NCBI GenBank assembly: GCA_001643675.2
Contig: LSRY02000008.1
Span: 1,178,001-1,242,000 of the forward strand
Origin: Monocercomonoides exilis PA203
Lineage: Eukaryota > Protista > Preaxostyla
Direction of reading: 5' to 3'
Length of the DNA: 64,000 bases
Under the pieces are notes generated by a model. The model saw only the letters and a list, made by a program, of their open reading frames with translations, was not told the DNA's origin and ran no database searches. Of the stretch, positions 22,802 to 35,685 are shown one piece after another. The first letter of the stretch is position 1. Each line of letters begins with the position of its first letter. Made by a program: the position numbers and the translations under genes.

Positions 22802-25800
22802 AGAAGTTCTTCCTTTTCCTTCTCTTCCCCACGCATCTTGGCAAAGCGTCGCAAAATATCATTATGTGGCTGTATCCCTTTTTCTGCCTCTTCTGCTGCT
22901 GCTTCCGAAAAGATTTTTGTTAAAAAAAAATCCCACAAAAATTTCTTCCCCATTCTCTTCAGTTTTTTCCGCCTGGCTCATTCTGCCAAACACTCTTCTG
23001 GATGCTGAATTCTCCCAATTTCTTCCAGGAATGTTCATGAAAAAAAAGCAGTGTTTCCATATCCCATGTTTCATGCTCCCCCAGCGTTTCTCATAACACC
23101 TGATCGCATCACACATCAATCAAATTAAAATATGCAAAAGTATATAAAATAAAAAATGGAACATGAAGAAAATGAACAAACAAGAATAAAATACCTCCAC
23201 AAATCTTCATTTCTCTTCGCTCCCCTCGTCCCCTGTTTGCCTCTCTCCAAATAACTCTCACCCCAACATCATCCACTCCAAGCACCACACCACACCACGC
23301 CTTCGCCTTTCATGTCCAATTCCAAATAAAGAAAAAATAATATGTTGTTTTCACACTCTCTTCCATTGCCCATTCAACCTCACTTTCACCATTCTTCTCT
23401 TCCCTTCTTCCTCCATCCAGCCCTCAACCAAAAAAAAATATAGAATATCTCTTCTTCCCATCTTCTGCTCATTCTTCAAGCAAGGATTAAAAGAATAAAC
23501 AGTCTGCGCTCCATCGACATCCCTCAGGCAACATATGATGGCTTTCCGCGCATCTTTCGGCAATTCACTCAATATTCTGAATAAAAATATGTATCAAATA
23601 AAAAATATCATGAAATTTTTATTTAAGAAAATATACAAATTTGTAAAAAAAAAATGTGAAAGATATTTTTAAAAAACAAAACAAAACAAATAATAACAAA
23701 CTATTTTATAATGAATTTTCTTCACACACTTTTTCTAATTCGTCCTTTCTTCTTCATTTCCTTTTTTTTCCCCAAAATATCGTTCCTTTCTGTCAGCAAA
23801 ATTCATTTATCCCGGCTACGTTTCTTTTCCACTTCTCCTAAATATTAACAAAAGCTCAATCCTCTGTTCTGCTTCCTCTCGAATTACCTCCACAAACTCC
23901 ATTCCATAAAAATGCAAGCAATGAAGAAGATTCCATCTGAAGAATCCTTTCCCATCTCTTTCCCAAATCTTCTTCTTCTTCTCTCCATTTCCCCTCAAAA
24001 CAACAGCAATACTATCCCACTAAATATCACAATCCCTGTCCCCCCAGCTCCCATTCCCCTTCTTCCAACCAAAAAAATATAAATATCTCCATCCTTTTTC
24101 TGTCTCTTTCCATTGCAAAACACCTCCCATAATCAGCTCCTCATCTTCCTCTGCCTCCACACCTCCAATGCAAAGCGCCAGCGCTGATGTTCCTTCTTCC
24201 TGTCTTCCTCCGCACCCACCTCCATCACTTGCCCTGCAATCGCCTGGCGCGGCCAAACGGTCCTTTCAATAAAAAATAAAAAAAGATAAAAAAAATATCT
24301 CTTTCTTTTTTTTCTTCAACCCCACTTCTCTTTCTTATCAAACATACATCAGCAAAAATTCTCCCTCTTGCTCCGCCTCATATGAGCCCTCTTCTCTCTC
24401 CCTGCATTTGAAAAAAATCACATCTCCTCCCCATTTCTTCTCCATCTCAAATCCTCACCTCCAAAAAATATATTCCATTCACTCCACCCATCTTTTCCCC
24501 CTCTATTCCCTCCTCGCCCCACCTTCAACACAACAAATTCCATTTTTCAAATAATAAACGCAACTTCCACACCTTCCAACTCACAAAAATCGAAAAAATA
24601 ACCCCTCCCAAACTCCATCCCTATCCATCTCCCACGCATCCATTTTGCCTCTTAAACCTCCCAAAAACACCTCTTTTCCACAAAAAACATTCTTTTATCG
24701 CTCCTTTCCCTCTCAAAACCTTGTCTCCTCCAAAAACTCAACCCCATCACTCCACACCATAAATCCATCCTTTTACAATCGCATTGTCTTCATATGCCCG
24801 TTCAGCCACGGCACATCGAGTAGGACTTTCTTTTCTTTTGTGGCTCTAATTCGTTATGGAACATGATCAAGAAATGCCAAATGCTCAGAAACTGCCAACG
24901 GGGTCAGATTCAGAAGCTAAAACAAAGACAGGTTGACTAAGTGAAATATTTTTAGTGAAAGGGTTGGGTATTACAAAGAATATCCGCTTGATGGAAGATG
25001 AAATTGTTCATATTTATTGATGGAATGCTGTGGAGCAACAATATTTTCGATGGAAATGAAGAATTTTCAATGTATGTATTTTATATTGTTCTATATGTTG
25101 TGAAGATATTTCCATCCGTAACCTCTCCAAAGTCGTGATTCAGACGATTTATAAAAAATGGACAATTTATTCCATGCAGAGCAAGACAGAGAGGAAGGGA
25201 GCCAAATGTTATCTTACAAATATATTACTAGAGCCTAGATGTGTTTTGTTACGAATGTTTATGCTTCTTATTATGGACTCAACATGCACTGGATAGAAAT
25301 TTGATGAAAAATGAATTTTAATGGAGCAGAAATCAACGGGGTTGGAAGATATCCAAGGCTAAAAGGAAGAATGATCAATACATATGAATAGAAAGTGTTT
25401 TTTTTAAAGGAGGAAGAGGACATTTTCAAAAAAAAATTTTGTTGGAAAGATTGGAGCAAATGACTGAAACAGGAGATTGAAGGCGCTGGAGCAGGACAGG
25501 GAGCATTTCTTGGAATAAGAAGGGCAAGACATTGCTTTTATGGACCGGGGGGAGGGATGGAACTGCTTTTCTTTGCTTGGCTTTTGAACCAAATATACGA
25601 GAAATACAGACAGTTTGGCGTGATACAGGCAGCTGGAGGCAAATGATAGGCAAAATGGATTTGAGTCATTTGACCTTTGTCTTCAGCCTTCTATCGTTGA
25701 AGGGTTATCCATTGAAGCAGAGAGCGAGGCAGTGATGCTGAAGATATCTTCTGACAGAAGATACATAGTATTCAAACTTGACAATAACATCGCATTCACC

Positions 25801-25810
25801 ATCTTTATCA
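22554..25810 (+). repeat. Direct repeat copy B of the intergenic module
   Basis: Partner of 10334-13600. More diverged relatives lie at ~40380-42400 (+) and ~51250-54000 (inverted). Confidence 0.9.
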
Positions 25811-26750
25811 TCTTCATCATCTTCATTTCTATCATCGCCTTCATCACCTTCATCATCATATTCTTCTTCACCAAATCATTTTAATGGATTTTTATTATTT
25901 GTGTGTTATTTGAGTGGAATCAGCGCCAAGAATTGGAAAAAAGCAAATTTTTTGAAGCAGAACAGAATCGATTTCATTGATGTTGAGATTGGCAGCGGAG
26001 ACAGAAAAGGCGAGTTTTGTTGGCAGAAAAGAACAATAATTTGAGAGGCTTTTGAAGAAGAAGAAAGTGTGTGAAGATTGGCAATAAATATTTTTAGAGT
26101 GTGTTTTGTATTATTTTTTTTCTCTATTTTTTCACATATTTTATTTTATTTTATTTTATTTTATTTTATTTTTTGAGGGATTAAGATTTATGGAAGGACA
26201 TTTTCAGGCAATGAATGAACATGGGGAAAAGAGCACATTGGATGCTTTTGAGAAATCAGGCAATGACAAAAAATTTGAGAATATCGAAGAATGAGCCAGG
26301 GGTATTAAATGAAATGAATGGAAGAGGAGGGATTTGAAGATTTATGTTGAATTTTGAAAAAGAAGGAGGGGAAGCAACAGAAAAGAATAATTGGAAAATT
26401 GAAGAAATGGCTGAAGAAGAAATCTGACAAAAATTCGAGAAGAATATGAAGAAGAAGAAGAAAAGGAAGAAGATTGCAAAAAGAAAATGGTACTGGTTTG
26501 TGATATTTTTAATATCAATTTTATGTATTTTTTATATTTTTTCTTTATTTTTTTATATAATTCGTTTTATTTTTTTTATTTTTTTTTAATTGTTAAATCA
26601 TAACAGGGACTTTTGCGCGAACATTCAAAATCGATGAAAGAAAAAGGATTTTTGAAAACAAGCAGAAGATTGCAACAGAAGAAAAAGGGATATGGGGAAA
26701 GCAGACGATGAAGAAGGGGCAAAAGAGATGGGAAAAGGGATACGGCCATA

Positions 26751-28307
26751 TTGAGGTATTTTGTGAAATTTCACCAAGAGGCAAGGGAAAGAGAAGGAGG
26801 CGAAGATGGAAGTGTTTCGACATGCGAATCTCTTATCTCATCTTCAACAGCATTTCTTTCATCACCTTCTATACCCCTAATATCCCTCTCCAAATTATCA
26901 TTTTTCAACATCTCAACAGCAAATGATGCATGCTCACCTTCAACCTCTACGTCAACACAAACCACTTGTTTGATGAATAGTTGCTCATTTTCATCGGTTT
27001 GCAATGCATATGATGGCGGGATTGTCCCTTCCCTCAACAATCCCTTGGCTTCTTTAACTGCCTCAAACACCTCGTTTGTGGGATGTTATCGGACAAGAAA
27101 TGTTAAATGTGAAGGAACAACAGAGATTCCATTGAAACCAGACAGACAGAATGAAACATTCAATGGAGCAAACACATTCACTTGGTGTGAATGGAACGGA
27201 TCGAGGACGACCGGAACAGAAAATACATGGGAAGACATTGCTTCAAATGGAGGGGCTATTTGCATGCACAGTCAATCAAACGCATCAGTTTCTATTAAGC
27301 ACTGCTCATTCAATGATTGCAATGCTTATTGGGATGGAGGGGGAGTTATGTGTGCAAAAATCAAATCTGTTGAAATTGAAAACAACTCATTCAGCTCATG
27401 CTTGGTTCAAAACAATGCCGGAGGAGGATTGTATGTGAATACCATTTCAACATGTGTTCGGATCAGCGGATGTGAATTCCAGAATTGCAAAGCAATTGGC
27501 TATGGAGGAGGGCTTCATCTCGAAAATTTTCAGGTTTCTGGAATAGGATGTGTTGGAAATGAAAGTGGAGAAGGGGAGAGTGCGTGTGTGTTTGACTGCT
27601 GTTTCACTTCATGCTCAGTTACAAATTCGCAAGGTGGGGGTATGCGTTGCGTTATTGTTCCCAATCAGTTCAAAATGAGGAGCATTCAGTTTATTTCATG
27701 CAATGCATCGTCATATGGAGGAGGGATGAGTGTGGACCCACGTATGACAACAGCACCAAAAGATGAGCATTATTTTTATTTCTTATTCTTCCATGAATGC
27801 AAATGCAGAACAACCTCCAATCCATATGGGCATGATGTGATGTATTATGATTATTATAATGCCATTTCGACTTCAGACAATCCATTTCATGAATGTTACA
27901 CAACAAACACAGATGATCAGAGAGTGTGTTATGGATATAATTACTCGAATGCAGGTGCCTGGAAATATGATCAGACATCAAAAAAGGATTGGTTGAAAGA
28001 CAAGACGATTTTTGTTTCGGTGAATGGAAATGATAATTTTGAGTTGTGCGGGGCAAATGAATCAAATCCGTGTCTGACAGTGAAGAAGGCGTTTGAGATG
28101 TGTGAGGTGCAGATTAGCTTGGCAATCACACTGATGGAAGGGGATCACACAAGCGAGATAGCAACTATTGAGATTGGAACAAAAAAGATTTCAGTAATTG
28201 GGAGAGGCAAAGATAAGAGTTCGATTGGAACAAAAACGAATTTAAACCGTTCATTCTCCTCCTCTCCATCTGGTTGCTATTTCTTCTTCCTTCAAATTTT
28301 CCTCTAA
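26751..28307 (+). CDS. Beta-helix family copy 8 (mosaic)
   Basis: 518-codon ORF; shares blocks with copies 5, 6 and 14. Confidence 0.7.
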   Translation: MRYFVKFHQEAREREGGEDGSVSTCESLISSSTAFLSSPSIPLISLSKLSFFNISTANDACSPSTSTSTQTTCLMNSCSFSSVCNAYDGGIVPSLNNPLASLTASNTSFVGCYRTRNVKCEGTTEIPLKPDRQNETFNGANTFTWCEWNGSRTTGTENTWEDIASNGGAICMHSQSNASVSIKHCSFNDCNAYWDGGGVMCAKIKSVEIENNSFSSCLVQNNAGGGLYVNTISTCVRISGCEFQNCKAIGYGGGLHLENFQVSGIGCVGNESGEGESACVFDCCFTSCSVTNSQGGGMRCVIVPNQFKMRSIQFISCNASSYGGGMSVDPRMTTAPKDEHYFYFLFFHECKCRTTSNPYGHDVMYYDYYNAISTSDNPFHECYTTNTDDQRVCYGYNYSNAGAWKYDQTSKKDWLKDKTIFVSVNGNDNFELCGANESNPCLTVKKAFEMCEVQISLAITLMEGDHTSEIATIEIGTKKISVIGRGKDKSSIGTKTNLNRSFSSSPSGCYFFFLQIFL

Positions 28308-30469
28308 AAATTGTTCACTGCCAATTCGGTTCATTTCATAGCAATTTTAAATCTACAAGAATCTTATTTTCAATATCCCTTCTCTTGTTATTTTTTCCGA
28401 TCAGATATTTGAGATAACGAAGAAGGAGGAGCAGAAAGACAGAATCAGAGATTTGTTGTTCTTGCTAATTGTGAAGGATATGCTTAATATTCATTTATCC
28501 TTTTCAACTTTTTCATCAATAATTTTTTTTTTGTACAAAAAAAGCTTCTTATCCCTCTTTTTATTCCTCATTTTCTTCTTCATCCTCATCTCAATTTGTT
28601 ATTCTTTCCTTTCCTTTTCTTTCATTTTATTTCCTTGTGTTATCTTTTTTTTCTTATGTTTCATCAACTTCAACTGAATAACAATGATGTTTTTTTTAAC
28701 TTTTTCTTTATTGGATGAAAATTGATTGGAACAACACGTGTCGATTGAATGACATATTGTGTGAAAAAAAACAAAAAATCAAAACAAAGGAGAAAACAAA
28801 AGAAAATAATGTTGAATGCCATGGAGAAACTGGATTGTCCATTTTTAAGGAAAGCTTTTCAGCTCCAAATGGCTATTCGATGCAGCGGCTGGCTAAACAC
28901 ATGAATGTCTGTGCCAATAAAATTCAATCTGTTGATCAAATAATGTTGGTGAACACAAAGAACAAAAATCTGTTTGACAAAAATGAAAAAAGAAGAAAAA
29001 TAATTCGAAAATAATAAAAGAAAAAAAGAATAAAAAGAATAAGAATATTTAAATACCATCGAAATTGATGAAGCAAATGATGATATCCTCGTCCTCAGAA
29101 GATTAATTTGTCATTCTTTCGCAAATGCTTCTTGCACATCAGCACCAACACCAACAGACAGCACAACAGCGGAGTCTCATCTCCTCCAATTGGCCACTTC
29201 GCAAAATGATATATTTCTTTCTCTCTCTCTCTTTCAAGCTCATGTCAAGCATTGTCGGGTTATGCAGCATGCATAACAGATGGCAGAAGTCACGAATGTT
29301 ATTGTTGAATGCAATCCAAACAAGAATAATCTCAAAACTTCTGTATCTTTTGAAAAAGGATAAAACGGCTTCTCTCTCTTTGCGGTATTCCTGTTCAAAA
29401 CCAATCTGTATTCATTCAAAGAACATCTTAAAAGAAAAATGAACAAAACAAAAAAAGTCAAACCATTCTTTTGGTCTTGAAATATTTTCCCATCTCCAAG
29501 GGATTGGTAATTATCTGTCAAACTGGTTTTCTTGTTCTTAGAATCCATTGTGAAGCTGGTCGTGATATCTGATGAAAACACATATTCTCCAAATTAACTC
29601 CTTTTCAAAACCCAATTCAACGACAAGTCTTTGCTGATAGCATACCAGCATGCTTAGTGCAAAATGCAAATGAGATTGTTGTTGAGGCCTGCTGAGTGTT
29701 TCGCTCAACTCGTTTCCTCCATTGTCCAACCCCCAATTCCCTATCCTTTTCCACAAAACCAACCTTCCCCCCAAAAACCATGTTAAACAAATCCTGCTCA
29801 AATGATATGCCAAGTACACTGCACTTCCCTGAAATGACATAGCGGTTCAATTCAATCTTTCTAGCATTTTAATCGCTTTTTTTGTATCTTGCTTTATTCA
29901 TTTTTCATTCAAAATATAGCATTTGACGATATGTCACACATTTTGCAATTTTTCATCATGTTCAAATTTCATGCAACTTCCCACACTTATTCACTTTTCG
30001 CAAGCAATCGATGCAAACAGCCACTCTCTCCTCCATCTGCAAGAAAAGTACCTGTTCTTCTGCAATGCTATAACTCGCATGGTTGCATCCGTGGAAGTTA
30101 ACCTAAGCAGCTCAAACAAACTTTTATCTCAACATATCATCAATCAAAAATCTTCACTTATAAAATTATGGGTTGTGAACCCTTATTAATTGTTCGATTT
30201 GGAGATCTGTTTTTCTTCTTTATGATTTGCTTGTTTTGAAGCAAAAATCATGATGGCAAAAGAGGTTTGGAATCCTGTTTTATTAGATATTTGACGGTGT
30301 TTTTAATTCTTTTGATTCAACTGCGCTACAAATATTTCGAAAAAGAACGTTGATTAATCGCTTTGAAATCATTTAACCATTGCACAGCCTTTTTCAACAA
30401 AACATGTATTCCTTGGTATGTCAATATTTTGAGAAAACGATTGCTCGGATGATTAATTGTTTTATTTTC

Positions 30470-31857
30470 CAATTTTTCAGAAAAACTGCTGCAATTGGAA
30501 AAATGCACTGACGCTGAGCAGAAACAGAAAATCGAAGAAATGAGCAATACATTTGAAGAAATGGAGGAAGAAGAGGATGAAAATGTTTTCAGCAAAGAAC
30601 TGTTCGATGAAATTCACAAGATGATTGAAGAAAAGAAACTGACTTTGGAGAATGCCATTATATTGTTGAAATACGTTGGATGTTGGAAAGAAATGAAAAG
30701 AATATGGAATCTGCACTTTGATGAATCTGCATTGAACAGAAGATTTGAGAAGATGATTATTAATGAAGAACAAAAAAAGAGGGAAAAGTCGAAAAGCATC
30801 TTTACGTTCTTTGCGAATGCTACGCTTCTTTGAGCTTCTTTTTCCCTCAAAATTAATTTCAGTCTGTGTGCCTTGCCTTCTGAAAGTTGCATTGAGGAAA
30901 GAAGAGAACAGGGAAATGCAAAAAGAAGTGGAAATGGATTTGTTGGCGTTGAGGAACATTAAACAATGGGACGTGTGTTTTTTTATATATTGATTGTTTT
31001 TTTTTTTTCTTATCTTTTATTAGGAAGTGAGAAATGAACTTTTCTTGGATGAAATCAAAGAGATTGTCAAACATCATCAGGAACATCACAATCTGACACA
31101 ACTTGCCTATCAATCAGCTTGGCAATTTTTAATGAACCGATTTTTCAAAGACGAAGACTTGGAAATAGTTATTGTGAGTGAACTACATTTTGTGAGAGAA
31201 GCAAAAAGAGAAGTGGAAGATCTATCAAAGTGTGATGACTGGAAGACAAAAGAAAATAAAGAAGGAGAGAAAAGAAGAGGAAAAGTGAAAGAAGAAGAAG
31301 AAGAAGAAGAAGAAGTGAATGAAGCAAATGAAGTGAATGAAGTGAATGAAGCATCTGTTATTAGGAGATGGCTCGATGTGAATTCTTGTTTCTTGTCCTG
31401 GTGCAAATTGGGGAGTGAGGAATAAGTTGAGCTAATAGGCAGCATTGTTCACATGTTTCGAGCATCAAGGGATAATTCCGAAGAAATTCCCAAGCAATGC
31501 ATTTACCCACTTTCAGAAGCAGCAGATAACAGAGCTGTCAAAGTTGATGAGTTGTTGAAAGGAAAGGCAAGTGACGCTGTTTTGGAGGAGGTTCATTGGC
31601 CAACGCTGAATGACGGAATAACAAATGGATGCTTGAGGTTTATCATGAATATTTCGAGGCGATTGAAAGAAGAAGAAGATGACGAAAACGAAGAAACAGA
31701 ACGAAAAAAATTGAAAAGGAAAGTGTTTGAAAAGCTGGAGGAGGAAGGATACGAAGATATCATTCCAAGCTTTCATGAACTTATTGATTTTCTGAACGGA
31801 GATTTCCATCCTTTTTTGTCGTTGGATATTTCAGATTATTTTGTTTATGTTTTATGA
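30470..31857 (+). pseudogene. Pseudogene of a Glu/Lys-rich helical protein family highly expanded in Monocercomonoides
   Basis: Fragments EKCTDAEQKQKIEEM / LCECY / CVPCLLKVAL / HQEHHNLTQLAYQSAWQFL / EEEGYEDII / DISDYFV match a family I recall. Two frameshifts at ~30780-30845, an in-frame TAA at 31423-31425, and one intron. Confidence 0.75.
30973..31023 (+). other. 51-nt spliceosomal intron (GTGTGT...TTAG), phase 0
   Basis: T-rich and contains an in-frame TGA. Removal joins KQWD to EVRNELFLDEIK in frame. Confidence 0.75.
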
Positions 31858-34800
31858 AATGAAACTCTTTGAATATTTTTTGACCTCAAAAATGATTTCT
31901 TTCTTTCTTTCTTTCTTCATTTCACATTTCAACAAACAATTATGTTATTTTGAAAATGATTATTTATCAAAACTTCGAAATGGAGCAAAACAATTTTAAA
32001 AAAAGGAAAAAGAAGAACAAATTCACAAATAGAAGGATAAACATTTTTGAATCAAAAAATAATCAACATTCAATTTCAATCAGATTTTCCAAATATTTAG
32101 AGAAGAAGAAGAAATAAAGTTGCTGTTGAAGATGGCCTCATATTCCAAAAAATGCTGCAATCAAATAGAACCAATGAAGGCAGGGGAAGGATATTTATCA
32201 TTGATTGAATGGAAAATAAAAGTCTCTTTGTCTTTTCATATCGTTTCTTTGGTTGAGTTTCTAAACTGCAGATGAAATAGGTGGTTGAGCAATAAATATA
32301 TCGGAGAAATATGCAGAATTTCTTTGGAGGAGGACAATAATGTCCTTGGAAGAAAATCATGCTCTGAGGCTCCAACAACGCTTCTTTGGAGGGAACGGAG
32401 AATAACTCAAAAGGATCAGTGAAAAATCATCAAGACTCAATCTGCAAAAATGCTTGCGAAAAGCTTCATCAGCTCAATCCATGATACGAATTGTTGCATT
32501 TTGCTCATTTTTGGAGACAAACAAATCGCTCTGTTCAAGTCAATGGAGAAATTGTGACAAGCAACCAAAAAATCGTCATCGGCTCAAGTCGGCAAAGGCA
32601 TTGAAGAGAAAATATCCGATATATGCGAGGCCGTGTAACAATGCTCCGAGTATTCTCACTCCACGTGGTTTGTGAGAGATTCGGTTCCGCATTGTTTTGT
32701 AAAAAAAAAATAATAAATTCAAATTCAGCATCGGTTGTCGTCCAAAAAAAATAGTGCATGAATTCCATGTGGCAGGATTCATGTTTGGCAACATGCAACC
32801 GGTATTTCGAGCAATCGCACTCAATCTTGAATGTTCATGAAAACATCTCGTTTCTTGTCGTTTCCCCTCCTTTCACACAAAATACAAATTGGAAAGATTC
32901 CGTGAAGCTGCTCATGCGCCAGACTCTGTTGGCGGACGCCCAGTAACTGCGAGTGTCTTTTTGTGGAACAACTGCGGAAACAATGAGAATGAGGAAAGTT
33001 GGTGATTTAGATGCAAAACTGTTCATTGTTCGTGCCAAAAAAGACATGTCATTTTCGGTAATGAAGCACCTGGCGAGCCTCTCCATTCTGCTCGCGATGT
33101 CACATCGTTGCTCAAGAAGTATTCGGTGTTTCTGGAGAAAAAAAATAAGTTTTGTTCTCACCAAATCACATTCCAACTTATATTTCGATCAATAAATTCG
33201 AAAAAAATGATTCATTCCACTTGAGTTGAACAAAAAAATAAAGATAATAAATTATTTTTTTTTTTGTGATTGTTGTTGATTGTTGTTTGGTTGCAAAAAG
33301 CGAGATTTGTTTGGTTTCTTTTTTGTAAATTAAAAAATTTTTGTGAAATACTAAAAATATATCATTTCTTTTCATTTGGACAAGATAACAGTGCATCCGC
33401 AAACGATGGTATCAAAAACACTTTGTCTGACCATTTTGTTGATTTGAACAAAAAATTTATATTTTTCTTTTATTATTAATAAGAATAACAGTGATTCAGA
33501 AAATAAAACATTCTTCAACAAGAACAAAAAATTTAATAAACTGAATTTTAATTTTGAAAAAATGAAATATTTGATTTGAATGATTTATTGAACTGAGAAC
33601 ATATTTCCTGATAAAAATCCATTAGAAATTGAAATTTTGTACTCCGCCGAGTTCAGTCGAATTGTCTTTTCCAAGTTGAAACATATTTTCATTTCAGTCA
33701 ATGAGATGGAGAATGAATGACAGAAAGAAATATGAGATAAAGGATGGAACTTCAATCACTTTTTATGAAAAATATGCACTTTGAATGAATTTATAGTTTT
33801 CAATAAAATACACTTAAAATAAAAATTGTTTGAAAAACACATATTTCTTGTTTCCAAACAATATTTTATCACAGTTCTTGTATTTCATAACAAACATGAA
33901 AAAGAAATTCATTCATGATTTCCAGACAGAATATTGAATTTATTTGGAGAAAAGAACTTTTGATGTATTATGCAAAAAATAAGCTTGAAAATCAATATTT
34001 TTCTGAATTAGGATATTTGTTTTGCACATGAATTAATGATTGAAAATATTGGTGATTTCAACAAAAATGATTATTTAATAGAAAATAAAGATTTCTTTTG
34101 ATAAAATAAAAATACATTTCCCATTGATTTCAAAAAAGAAAAATTCATTCCAAACAGTTTTGTTTTTTTCTTTATTTGGAGGATGAGTGATTCTTTTTGA
34201 TTTCATATTTTTCCTATCAAAATTTTGGTATCAACATTTTGTCGCAAACATTGAGAAATCTATCATATGTTTATATTGAAATCTTCAATGTGCTTCTCTG
34301 TCTTTCAATGACAATGTGTGTTTGGAAAACAATAATTTGAAAACATGTGACACTTTTGTTAAAATTCTTTTGCAAATAACTGCGAATCAGAAAATTACAC
34401 ATACTCCAAAAAATGTCATGATTTTAAAAATAATCATCCATATTCTCATTTGAATGTTTTCCTCTATTTAATCGTTTATGTTTTGATTGAACCCTTGTGT
34501 TTCAGTTGAGTGTTCGAAAAGCAGTGAAAAAAAGCAAAAACACTCAATACATAAAAATAATCTCAAACAAATCACAGAAAACATTTTCAACTCAATGAAA
34601 GATTCAGCCAGATTTTTTGGGTGATTATTTTTGAAATCACAATTCTCATCCAAGATTGTTATTCAACAAAAACAGCTTCATTCAAATGAATCCGCATCAT
34701 TTCTATTTTTTGATTGTTTTTAGAAAAAGTTATTCAGTCATGAGCACAATTCAATTGATGTTTGAAAAAAAGAAAAGAAAAAGAAAACTCGTAATATGCG

Positions 34801-35685
34801 AATATTTTTTTTTAAACAAAACAATAATGCGTCACAAAGTCTGAAATAATAATTCAAATTCTGATAACATTGAAAATTTTCGTTCTGTCTTTAAATTCAT
34901 TCGTTATTTTTTTCATCCTTCTTTGAATTCACATGTTGAAAAAATATAAGAAACAAGAATCAATCCGATTCATTTATTTTTTCCCATTGAAAATAGAAAT
35001 AATGTTTTCAAATATCTCTTCTTTGATAAAAAAAGGAATGAAAGAAAACATATGAAAATTCTGAAAAACAAAAAAACAAAGAGAATATTAAAGATAACGA
35101 TTTAAACAAAAATTCAAGAAATGAGATTATTCTGTTGAAGATGAACAAGATTATTTGACAAAGAATTCCAATCACATGCCTATGTGTAATATTCACAAGA
35201 TGATGAACATTTCATGAAAAAGAATAACTAGGAATATTTCTTTTTCAACAATCTTTTCTCTTTTCTTGAACTCAAAAAAAAGACATTGAAGAGGTTTTTC
35301 TTCTTTTCTTCTTTTTCATTTATTCTTAAAAATAATAAATATTTGAATTTTTGAAAAATTATTTCTTTTTTCTATCAAACAGAAAAATCCATAAAAATTA
35401 TAATGAAATGAAAACAATATGCATCTGAAAACAAAACTCCAAATATTTAAATAAAAGAAATGTGCAAATCAAATCTTTTTTGTAATAAATACGTATATTT
35501 CTTATTTAATATATTACTCCATTTCTCATTTGCCCAACTCGCTTCTTGACACAAGTGAGATTGATCCGCTTCAATAAGACACCACAACCACATTCGGCGA
35601 AGGATTTGCACTTGAGTTGCAGTCAACCTCCATGTGCAATAAACCAAGTTGGCCTGTTGTCACACTGAACAGCACTCCTGTTGAT

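Noticed and set aside
30416-30480. GTATG...TTTCAG as first intron of the island pseudogene
   Set aside because: Splicing would put the upstream ATG out of frame, and TTT TCA GAA reads as coding (FSEKLLQLE).
31423-31425. TAA read as Gln (non-standard code known in some oxymonads)
   Set aside because: The long ORFs are open under the standard code and use CAA/CAG. The same gene also has frameshifts, so pseudogenisation is the simpler explanation.
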